The translations under genes and the position numbers were made by a program. Source: Candidatus Bathyarchaeota archaeon (GTDB lineage Archaea > Thermoproteota > Bathyarchaeia > Bathyarchaeales > Bathycorpusculaceae). From it: a stretch of 61,071 bases of DNA. The DNA lies in assembly GCA_963739305.1 (NCBI GenBank), contig CAVTZU010000004.1, positions 1 to 61,071 on the forward strand, written 5' to 3'. The notes below the pieces were generated by a model that saw only the letters and a list, made by a program, of their open reading frames with translations, was not told the origin of the DNA and did not search any database. Positions 53,224 to 61,071 of this stretch are shown here, piece by piece (position 1 is the stretch's first letter; the number at the start of each line of letters is the position of its first letter).

Positions 53224-53778
53224 GTGAGCTTCGATGCTAAGGATCTTGCTTTGATGAGTGTTTTTGCTGCTTTGTATGCTGCTTTGGTTGTTGTTCAGGG
53301 TCAGACGGCTGCTGCGACGATTCAGCTGCGTATCGCTGATTGTTTGATTCCTTTGTGTGCGTTGTTCGGTTGGCCGGCTGTTTTTGGTGTGACTGTTGGG
53401 GCTTTTGCTGGTAACGCGTTTACTTCGTTGCCGATGGCGAATGGTGTTTATGACGTTGTTTTTGGGCCGTTGGCCAACCTGTTAGCGGGTGCCACGATCC
53501 TCGTGCTCAGGAAAAGGCGGTTTGCAGGGTGTGTTTTAGGTTCGGCGGAGGTCGGTTTGATCGTGGGGAGTTATGTTTGGCTGATTTTTGGGGCTCCTTC
53601 GAACATTTTCGGGGTTGGCGTGCCGTCGAGTTGGCCTTTTTGGGCTGCGAGCGTTCTGAGTATTACGGTGAGTAGCTTGGTAGCGATCGGGGTTATGGGT
53701 TATGCTTTGGTTTCGGCTTTGGGCAGGGCAGGCGTGGTTTCTTCGTTGAGGTCGAAGGGGTTGAAGACCGTTTCCTAA
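53224..53778 (+). CDS. QueT-family (ECF S-component-like) transporter
   Basis: FAALYAAL, IQLRIADCL, GVTVGAFAGN, DVVFGPLANL; GTG start at 53224 after GGAGG. Confidence 0.8.
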   Translation: MSFDAKDLALMSVFAALYAALVVVQGQTAAATIQLRIADCLIPLCALFGWPAVFGVTVGAFAGNAFTSLPMANGVYDVVFGPLANLLAGATILVLRKRRFAGCVLGSAEVGLIVGSYVWLIFGAPSNIFGVGVPSSWPFWAASVLSITVSSLVAIGVMGYALVSALGRAGVVSSLRSKGLKTVS

Positions 53779-53901
53779 GTGGAGTCGAGGCTTGTTCAGG
53801 ATTCTTTTGAGTTGAAAAGGGTAAGATGCTCTGCCCCCCGGGGTTTTGGTAACGTTTTTTGTAATGTTGTGTGGTAACGGTCTTTTGTGGTTGCATCGGT
53901 T

Positions 53902-56598
53902 TTACATGAATCTTTCGAGTTTCGTTAACCCGATTATCTCGTCGAAGTCTAGGCCTAGCGCGTCGAGGACTTGGTCGAAGGTTGAGTGCAGGTAGGCTAT
54001 GTATTTGTCAACGTCAACCTCGCTCTTGATGGTTAATTCTACGGGTTTGACGTGTGGGTCCTTGATGATTTTGACGAAGCTTATGAGGTCTCCTGCTCTG
54101 AGTTCGACGCCGTTTGCCTGTAGTATCTTTGCCGCTTTGACGTGTTGGGGTGTCGTCTTGGTGTAGTGGCTGATTTCTTCGCCGAGGACGACGTTGAACG
54201 CGAGTTCGTTCATGTTTTCCCATTCGCGTCTCTTCAATCGCATATAGCAGTCGAGCACGATTTCTGCGATGTCCTTTTTTGCTTTTTCAAAGTCTTGTGG
54301 AGACTTGACCTTTGAGAGACGGTTTTTCATCTGGTCGAAGGCTTTCTTGATGAAGATTGGAATGTGTTTTTTCTTGCCTGTCAATCCCTTGACGTCTACG
54401 GCGCCTTCTTCCAATACTCCTAAGTAATTCTTTTTGCGTGTGCTGAACACTGCGTACCTGTAGACCTTGTCGACATCGAGGCTCATTTTCAGCTCGTGTT
54501 CAGTCCAGTGTGCCAATTCTTCAATCTGCTGTTGCGACGGGTTTTTCAAGAATAGGCTGTCGGTGTCGCCGTAGAGCACTTGGATGCTGAGCTCTTCGGC
54601 TTTCTTGAGAATTCTTGTTATTGAGTGCCTACCGATTGCTGCTGTTGCTTCGGCCACGGGTGGACAGTAGAGATCGAAGCTTTCGGCTCCGAAGACTCCG
54701 TAGCTTGCGTTGAGAATTACTTTGAGTGCTCCCTGCGCAACGTTGTACCAGCTTCTCAAGTCAGGGGTGAGAGACTTGTCCTTAGACTTGGGCTTGTACC
54801 ATTGGACACGCAGGTCTCTCAATGAACCGATGAGTAAGCTTTCTAACGCGCGTTTTTTGGTGCACACCCAGTGTGGCGTGTCTGGGACGGTGTTGCTTCG
54901 GCATTCAGGATGTGGACAGAGGATGCTTTGGTAGCCTAAGTTCCAGACCTTGATTATGGAGGGGTATAGGCTTGGAAAATCCATTACGGCAACGTTGAAG
55001 TGCACTCCTGGAGTTGGTTCGACTACTATGGCTCCTTTGTACTTTTTTCCTTTGATGATTGCTTTGGTCGCCGTCTTGCCCTTTGTCGCCAGTATGTCCT
55101 GCGGGTTGGGGATAAGCATGTTTCTCTTGCGGTGCTCTCGCTGAAGGAAGTCTCGTATCCAGCGTGAAACGCCCTGACGCGTCACGTCTTCCATAGGCAT
55201 GCTGCTGATTCTCGTAAGCACGAGCATCAGTTTCATGACGAGTTCGTCGTCAAAGCTCGTGAGCTTGTAAGTTATTTCAGAGTCTCTCAGGCAGTACCTC
55301 GCAAGTTCGCTGTAGGTCAAGTCGCCGAGGGTTTTGGCGACAGGTATTTTTTCGAGTCCCAGGATAGCTTTGCCCAGGTCGTTCAGCGTGACGTCTCTAT
55401 AACGGTTGCTGAATGCATAGATCTGAATTGATCGGTTGAAGAAAAATTTGTAGAGGTCGATGTGCACTCCAAGGCTCAGAGTGCAGGATCGCTTCCCAAC
55501 ATCGATGGGAATCTCGTTTCTCTTGATGCCGAAGTTCAGGGCACGATTATAGATGTAATGCAGGTCAAAGTCGTCGCCGTTGAACGTTAGGACAAAGGGA
55601 TAATCCCACAGAACTTCGAGGACGGCTCTGATAAGCTTCTCTTCAGTATCGAACGTTTCGACTTTGACGTCCGCTGGCAGATGTTCAGGGCCTTCGCGAA
55701 CTCCTTCACGCTTCAGGAGCAGAACCCTCTTAGGCTTGTCAGAACTGTAGAGTGAGACGCATATTATCTGGTAACCAGCCTCCCGTGGGTCAGGCACCCT
55801 CGTCGGAATTGGAGCAAGAACCTCTATGTCCAAGGCCACTCGACGAAACTTCGGCGCAGGGTACTCGAGCAGCCTTGCCCATTCTTCGGTGAAACCCAGT
55901 TCTTCATCAGTCGAATCCTTGAAAATACCGCGAATTTGACTTACAGTTTTTTCAACGTCTTCCAACTTCTTAAGCACGAGGTTGCCGTCCTTCACTTCGT
56001 AAATCATGCCCGGCAAGAGTTGTTTATCGTAGATGTAGGATTGATAGTACTTTATGCTCGATTCCCAAACTTTGATCTGGTCAGGAGAAATCAGCGTATC
56101 CGAGACTTTCGGGAAATCCTCAGGGATAATGTCTCTAATGCATCCTGACGGACGGCCTCCCACCGCCAGTGGATCCTTAGTTATTATCCTCGTTATACTC
56201 ACATTCCTTTCGAGCAATGGATCCATTTTCTCGATGATTTCAAAACGATCGAATCCTGGATGGTGAGTAACACGGCTAATCTTTTCAAGTTCAAAAGGCG
56301 ATAAGTTCGTCAGGCAATATGGTTGATGTCCGGTGTTGTCGTACCAAAAGTAGATTTGTCCCGAATTTGGTTCGTACAGCTTGATGACCGCTTTTGCGGC
56401 TTTTCCGTCATAAGTGGCCGACACAAAATAAGCGCACGACAAGTTGTGAGGAGCCAGCGGCGGAAAAAGGACAGGTCCGCGCTGTTCTTCCTGTTCCTCT
56501 TCCTCGCTAACGACGGTTTGACTGATCGTTTCCTCTTTCTTTTCCGCCAGAGGCTTGGGCTGCTGCGGAGAAAACTCACCTAAATGCTTCTGCGCCAT
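53902..56598 (-). CDS. Family B DNA polymerase (PolB1, TACK type)
   Basis: LDIEV, FNGDDFD, DFPSLYPS, KVILNASYG, YGDTDS, KKNY; N-terminal WYDNTGHQPYC. Confidence 0.96.
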   Translation of the reverse strand: MAQKHLGEFSPQQPKPLAEKKEETISQTVVSEEEEQEEQRGPVLFPPLAPHNLSCAYFVSATYDGKAAKAVIKLYEPNSGQIYFWYDNTGHQPYCLTNLSPFELEKISRVTHHPGFDRFEIIEKMDPLLERNVSITRIITKDPLAVGGRPSGCIRDIIPEDFPKVSDTLISPDQIKVWESSIKYYQSYIYDKQLLPGMIYEVKDGNLVLKKLEDVEKTVSQIRGIFKDSTDEELGFTEEWARLLEYPAPKFRRVALDIEVLAPIPTRVPDPREAGYQIICVSLYSSDKPKRVLLLKREGVREGPEHLPADVKVETFDTEEKLIRAVLEVLWDYPFVLTFNGDDFDLHYIYNRALNFGIKRNEIPIDVGKRSCTLSLGVHIDLYKFFFNRSIQIYAFSNRYRDVTLNDLGKAILGLEKIPVAKTLGDLTYSELARYCLRDSEITYKLTSFDDELVMKLMLVLTRISSMPMEDVTRQGVSRWIRDFLQREHRKRNMLIPNPQDILATKGKTATKAIIKGKKYKGAIVVEPTPGVHFNVAVMDFPSLYPSIIKVWNLGYQSILCPHPECRSNTVPDTPHWVCTKKRALESLLIGSLRDLRVQWYKPKSKDKSLTPDLRSWYNVAQGALKVILNASYGVFGAESFDLYCPPVAEATAAIGRHSITRILKKAEELSIQVLYGDTDSLFLKNPSQQQIEELAHWTEHELKMSLDVDKVYRYAVFSTRKKNYLGVLEEGAVDVKGLTGKKKHIPIFIKKAFDQMKNRLSKVKSPQDFEKAKKDIAEIVLDCYMRLKRREWENMNELAFNVVLGEEISHYTKTTPQHVKAAKILQANGVELRAGDLISFVKIIKDPHVKPVELTIKSEVDVDKYIAYLHSTFDQVLDALGLDFDEIIGLTKLERFM

Positions 56599-56811
56599 CT
56601 TGTCTTGACCTTGGGTACTCTAATGAATTGGATCATCTAATAATCTCTTGTCCTACCTGCGAGGCTCGGTCATTCTGTCCAAACCGCTCCAAGGTTTTCT
56701 GCCGCTTCAGCTTCGTTTGCTATTTGAGCCGTCCAACTGGCATCGGAGTTCGTGGCCCTGGTTCAATTCTTATCTATAACTTCACCTTTGTTCTAGTCGT
56801 GTGAAAGACTA

Positions 56812-58173
56812 TTGCTCCGAGAAGCTTGGACGTTGGCGATTGAAGCTCTAAGTTGGATGGAAATGCGAAGGCTGAGTGAGCCGCTTGCTCTCGCGAAGAC
56901 CATCAAACAATTGAACGTGCAGGACTCAGATGCCATTAAGCTTGCACGTTTGCTCGTCTCTGAAACTACGCGTAAGAAAAACTTCATAGACGCCTTCATA
57001 AACAAGGCTGTAAAACCGTCCGGCCTAAACGAATTCAGCCTCGGAGTTCAAGCTTTCCTGCGCCTCTACGTTTATGAGACGAGGATCGCCTCAAACTGGT
57101 CACAAGTAGATGTGAAGCAAGCTGAAGGCATCACGAGCCTTGCACGGTCCATCTTGGGATGGAAGACTATTCAACCCGTCGAACCCTTTCTCGGCTTGCT
57201 GCTCACTCAAATGCCTTCGATTGTTTTTGAGCAAAAAAACGATGAGGCACGAATTGCGTTGCAGACCTTTCATCCAGTATGGTTCGTCGAGTACTGCTTC
57301 AGGCTCTTCGGGAGACAGCAGGCGTTGGCCATACTGGAAGCTGACATGTCGTCTCCGCCCCCTTACATTAGGCTGAACACTCTGAAAGGCGAACCTGATG
57401 AGACGCTTGCTAAACTTCGAGAAGAGGGAATCGAGGTTGAGAAAACTGAACAATCCAAATTCACCTACAAGATCGTAAGATCGAGAACGCCAGTCACTAA
57501 AACCGCCTGTTTTCAGGCAGGCTCAATTCAGCTGCAGGACAAATCAGACTCCTTCCCAGTCGAGGCAGCAAATCCGGGCCCCGGCATGACGGTTCTTGAC
57601 GCTTGCTGCGCTCCTGGGACCAACACAGCGCAGTTGGGTCAATTGATGAACAACGAAGGTCTCATCATTTCAGTGGATTACTCTAGGCGCAGGATGATGA
57701 TGTGGGCCAGCGAAGTTCAGCGTAATGGCGTGGAGGTCGCCGAACCGGTTATCGCTGACGTTTGTAGGCCTCTTCCCTTGAACATAGAAGCAGACGTAGT
57801 CATACTCGACCCGCCGTGCACGGGAACAGGTTTGTTCAGAAGATTGCCTTCATTAAAGTGGAGGCTGTCCCCGAATTCAATAGACAGGATGGTTGACATT
57901 CAATTGCAAATGCTCAACAACTGCGCGGGTTACCTCAAGCCGAAGGGTACACTGATCTATTCCACGTCAAGCATAACGGTAGAAGAGAACGAAATGCTCA
58001 TCGAAAGATTTCTCAAGTGGCATTCAGAGTTTTCGCTTGATGAATTCTCACCGAGGATAGGTTTACCTGGTCTCCGAGGACTGGAAAAATGCCAAAGGCT
58101 CTACCCCCATGTTCACAACTGCAACGGCCTATTTGTGGCAAAACTGATAAAAGAAAAGAACCATGATGGGTAG
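56812..58173 (+). CDS. RsmB/NOL1/NOP2/Sun-family RNA m5C methyltransferase homolog
   Basis: IRLNTLK, VLDACCAPG, LDPPCTGTG, YSTSSITVEENE. Confidence 0.85.
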   Translation: MLREAWTLAIEALSWMEMRRLSEPLALAKTIKQLNVQDSDAIKLARLLVSETTRKKNFIDAFINKAVKPSGLNEFSLGVQAFLRLYVYETRIASNWSQVDVKQAEGITSLARSILGWKTIQPVEPFLGLLLTQMPSIVFEQKNDEARIALQTFHPVWFVEYCFRLFGRQQALAILEADMSSPPPYIRLNTLKGEPDETLAKLREEGIEVEKTEQSKFTYKIVRSRTPVTKTACFQAGSIQLQDKSDSFPVEAANPGPGMTVLDACCAPGTNTAQLGQLMNNEGLIISVDYSRRRMMMWASEVQRNGVEVAEPVIADVCRPLPLNIEADVVILDPPCTGTGLFRRLPSLKWRLSPNSIDRMVDIQLQMLNNCAGYLKPKGTLIYSTSSITVEENEMLIERFLKWHSEFSLDEFSPRIGLPGLRGLEKCQRLYPHVHNCNGLFVAKLIKEKNHDG

Positions 58174-58206
58174 GAGCCCATCTATCTTCGAAAATGCTGG
58201 GTCAAC

Positions 58207-58785
58207 TTAGGCAGAGAGGTTGGCCGATCTAGTTAGGTAGTTATTTCGAATATTTCGTGCAGAAAGACCCTCAAGAAGCGATACACCGATTAATCCTCCC
58301 ACCAACCCACCCGCTGCGTGTAGTCCAACCCAGCCAAGAACACCACCCCAAGCAAGCAGGGCTTGCACGTTCACGTTCAATGAGAATGCGCCAATCACGA
58401 GCCCGGCCACCGCTGCGGACAGTATGGAAACGGTGAGCAGAGAGATTGAAGCTACTAAGCGGCTCCTGAATAACCTATCGCGACCTATGAGATTAACGAG
58501 TAAATCAAACGAGAGAGCTGCTGTCGTGAACCCTAGAAAATACACTCCTCCTGGGTTTAGCAGGAAGTTTATAGCCGTCGCCGCAACACCAACCGCCGTC
58601 ACTGCGCCGAATTTTCTAATCCACCAGAAAGTGAGGCTCAGGGCTGCGAAGCCGATCATGTCACAAAGTACGGGCAACCCGAACATCTGGAAAACAATCG
58701 GCGAGAACAGGCCGTTCAGAATTCCCCACAGACCTGAAAACAGTGCTGCCGCAGCTAATTCGCGACTGTTGAAGTAGGCCATCAT
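58207..58785 (-). CDS. Membrane protein, ECF S-component-like
   Basis: YFNSRELAAAA start, IRKFGA, five to six TM helices, GWVGLH..GG..G. Confidence 0.7.
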   Translation of the reverse strand: MMAYFNSRELAAAALFSGLWGILNGLFSPIVFQMFGLPVLCDMIGFAALSLTFWWIRKFGAVTAVGVAATAINFLLNPGGVYFLGFTTAALSFDLLVNLIGRDRLFRSRLVASISLLTVSILSAAVAGLVIGAFSLNVNVQALLAWGGVLGWVGLHAAGGLVGGLIGVSLLEGLSARNIRNNYLTRSANLSA

Positions 58786-58801
58786 ATCAACTCGCGTTGT
58801 A

Positions 58802-58829
58802 GTGTTACTGATTTGAATAATCGTAACAC
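58802..58829. promoter_or_regulatory. Putative NikR operator
   Basis: GTGTTA-N16-TAACAC palindrome next to a TATA-like box at 58831-58840, between the divergent membrane gene and nikR. Confidence 0.65.
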
Positions 58830-58881
58830 CAAATATAAAAGTGTTCTTCAGCAATTAGCCATTTGAAAAGGTGGAGCTTGT

Positions 58882-59298
58882 ATGTCAGACGGTTTCAAGG
58901 TGACCCGTTTCAGCGTCTCCCTTCCTCCAACCCTACTCAAGAAGTTTGATGATGCGTGGAAGGGCATGCAGTATGACAGTCGTTCGAAAGCCATACACGA
59001 TGCCGTGCGAGCCTTTATCAACGAGTACGAATCCACCCATAAGGCAAAGGGCAACGTTGCAGGCGTCGTGTTAATGCTCTATTACCTGGAGAAACCTGGT
59101 CTTCTAGACGAAATCATGAGGGTGCAGCATAGGTTTGAGCACGTGATTTGTTCGACACTTCACGTTCACTTGGCAGAGAACAAGTGTCTGGAGACTATCG
59201 TTGTGAAAGGCGATGTCCAAGAGATCAGAAGTCTGGCTGAAATTCTTGCCTCGAAAAAAGGGGTGCAGCAGGTCAAATTAACGTCGATGGCGCCTTAA
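58882..59298 (+). CDS. nikR: Nickel-responsive regulator NikR
   Basis: RHH domain RFSVSL..SRSKAI; Ni ligands QH..LHVH..KCLE. Confidence 0.88.
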   Translation: MSDGFKVTRFSVSLPPTLLKKFDDAWKGMQYDSRSKAIHDAVRAFINEYESTHKAKGNVAGVVLMLYYLEKPGLLDEIMRVQHRFEHVICSTLHVHLAENKCLETIVVKGDVQEIRSLAEILASKKGVQQVKLTSMAP

Positions 59299-60206
59299 CC
59301 CTGACGCTTTGATTTTCTTGATTTCTCAATGCTGCATAGCATTTCGAAGATGACCCTTGCAGCCTGGACCGCGGAGATTCCCTGATCGTAGTCGGGGGCG
59401 ATCTCCAGAACATCGAAGCCGATGACGCGTCTGTCGCATATGCTGTCAAGAATATCCAACAGATGATGCATCTCCAAGCCATCGCCCTCGGGATTCTGAA
59501 CGGCAGGAACAAAGGCTGGATCAAGGATGTCCATGTCAACGGACACGTAGAGGTTCTTGCAGCCCATCAGTTTCTCTTTCAACTGTTTTGCCACGCGGTC
59601 ACTTCCCTCTTTTCTCACGTATTGCGTGGGGAAGAAACTGATGCCTGCCTTTTTCGCATAGTTCAGTTCTTCTTTGCAGACCGCTCTGGTGCCGACCTCA
59701 ACAATTCTTGCAGGCCTGACTTCCTCATTCGTTCTTCTCATGAAAGTTGTGTGTGACGTTCGCAATCCCGAATACTCATCGCGCAAATCTAAGTGAGCAT
59801 CGAAACTGACTATGGCGGTGTCAGCGGCTTTTGATCCGAGACCCTTGGCTACCCCCAGAGTGATCGTATGTTCTCCACCGATAATTACGGGGATTTTTCT
59901 TGCCTTCACGATATCATTGGTCACGAGTTGGAGCATCTCCAAAGTCTTGTTTGTGTCGGTGGAGGCATGGAGGTCTCCAAGATCGTGAATCTTGATGTCT
60001 TCGACGTCCATTCCCGTCCGAAGACTGCACGTTTCAATGTTGAGTGAAGCCTGTCGAATCGCTGTGGGTCCAAACCTGGCTCCTGACCGATAAGTGCTTG
60101 TCACGTCGAAGGGCACGCCGAGAACAACATAGTCTGCTTTATCAAAGGACGTTTGGAAGCCGCTGAACACGTTTGACGGAGAGACGTAGAGTTCACTGTG
60201 ACTCAT
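59295..60206 (-). CDS. speB: Agmatinase
   Basis: GARFGP, GGEHT, FDAHLD, SVDMDILDP. Confidence 0.92.
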   Translation of the reverse strand: MSHSELYVSPSNVFSGFQTSFDKADYVVLGVPFDVTSTYRSGARFGPTAIRQASLNIETCSLRTGMDVEDIKIHDLGDLHASTDTNKTLEMLQLVTNDIVKARKIPVIIGGEHTITLGVAKGLGSKAADTAIVSFDAHLDLRDEYSGLRTSHTTFMRRTNEEVRPARIVEVGTRAVCKEELNYAKKAGISFFPTQYVRKEGSDRVAKQLKEKLMGCKNLYVSVDMDILDPAFVPAVQNPEGDGLEMHHLLDILDSICDRRVIGFDVLEIAPDYDQGISAVQAARVIFEMLCSIEKSRKSKRQG

Positions 60207-60318
60207 TTATACTCATCCACCTTATGCACTGTTGGTCACTTGTAGAAGGCAAGCTGGTATTAAGAATTCCCTCAATTGGTTGAAAATAGAAACACGACTT
60301 AGAATTCGCCGCACACAT

Positions 60319-61005
60319 CTAAGCAGTTATGGCTGCTTTCAACCCTAGCATTCTGAAACGGGAGGTTCTATCCTGTTTTTGATATCGCCCCAGGAGTTTT
60401 TGAGCCAGTTTGCCAGCGTATCTCAACTCAGCTTTTGCCGAAGGCAACTCTATTTCTGATAGAGTCAACAAAGTGTAGAAAAATGGAAAACCGTGCCATC
60501 TGCCGTCATTTGTGCGTTCCAACTTTATTTTTTGAATCCCCTTCTCAAGAGTCTTTTTCCAATCGCCAGGTTTAACCACTGCAAGAGTTCTCAAGAAAGC
60601 TGGAGTGCATTTGTAGCAGCAGTAGAAACCACTATTCTTTGCGCTGTTTTCTCCTCTTTCAAGAAGTTGGTTGAAACCATTAATGGCTTTTCTGACGTTA
60701 TTGGAAGATTCGAGATTCCAAAGAATCGTGACCCTGAGCGCTTCCTCTCCAAGTATGTGTCGCAATGCCGCGGATTCTATCCTTTCGCCCGTCGGCAATT
60801 CAACGCCGAGCATGTCTTTTTCGGTTCCTGCAAACAAATTCATGTAAGAACCTTCCAGGCCTTGTCTGGATACAACCCACTCAAGGGCCTCCTCTACTTG
60901 AATCATGGATTTCGGTCTGAAACCAAGTCGAGCTTCTTCCAAACGCCACAGTGTCTCAGCCAAAGACTCAGGCACCAGAATTGACTCTGCTTTCAGATTA
61001 CTCAC
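60319..61005 (-). CDS. Hypothetical protein
   Basis: 228-aa helical ORF with YCCYKC and DGRWHGFPFFYT; family not recognised. Confidence 0.7.
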   Translation of the reverse strand: MSNLKAESILVPESLAETLWRLEEARLGFRPKSMIQVEEALEWVVSRQGLEGSYMNLFAGTEKDMLGVELPTGERIESAALRHILGEEALRVTILWNLESSNNVRKAINGFNQLLERGENSAKNSGFYCCYKCTPAFLRTLAVVKPGDWKKTLEKGIQKIKLERTNDGRWHGFPFFYTLLTLSEIELPSAKAELRYAGKLAQKLLGRYQKQDRTSRFRMLGLKAAITA

Positions 61006-61071
61006 TCCGTCGGATTAAATCTGCTCTGACGCTAGAATCAGAATCGCAGTGATAAAAAACTTCCGAAACTG

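Noticed and set aside
56750-56770. GGTTCAATTC resembling a tRNA T-loop
   Set aside because: No T-stem closure, acceptor stem or D-arm can be built around it.

Overview
The window looks like two unrelated genomes joined at about 6880-6910. Bases 1-6880 are bacterial, probably Desulfobacterota. They carry a partial membrane-protein gene, a frameshifted secreted 5'-nucleotidase, a dnaA-family gene with no dnaN behind it, decayed P-II and P4-type integrase remnants, and a complete IS701-family element. From about 6900 to the end the sequence is archaeal and Bathyarchaeia-like (inferred from gene content). It opens with a surface-protein cluster: a dockerin-tagged peptide-binding protein, a clostripain-like protease, and a beta-helix/beta-propeller/dockerin protein. 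Core genes follow: thermosome, aIF5B, topo VI A/B, ABCE1, Cgi121, Sua5, hutI/hutU, UbiD, Nth, Clp1, RadB, CarS, topo IA, GcvT, AglB/STT3, PolB1, NikR and agmatinase. Many single-base frameshifts in otherwise intact genes suggest an unpolished assembly. Leading candidates for novelty: (1) a PAC4/LpdD-like gene translationally coupled to UbiD; (2) an OSTC/DC2-like gene near a eukaryote-type STT3 and a DPAGT1-like gene; (3) the dockerin-linked proteolysis and peptide-uptake cluster; (4) a switch-like leader upstream of a QueT transporter; (5) a 25-aa hyperacidic micro-ORF; (6) a box C/D guide RNA candidate; (7) a NikR operator in front of an unknown membrane protein. All family calls come from motif recognition by eye, with no database searches.
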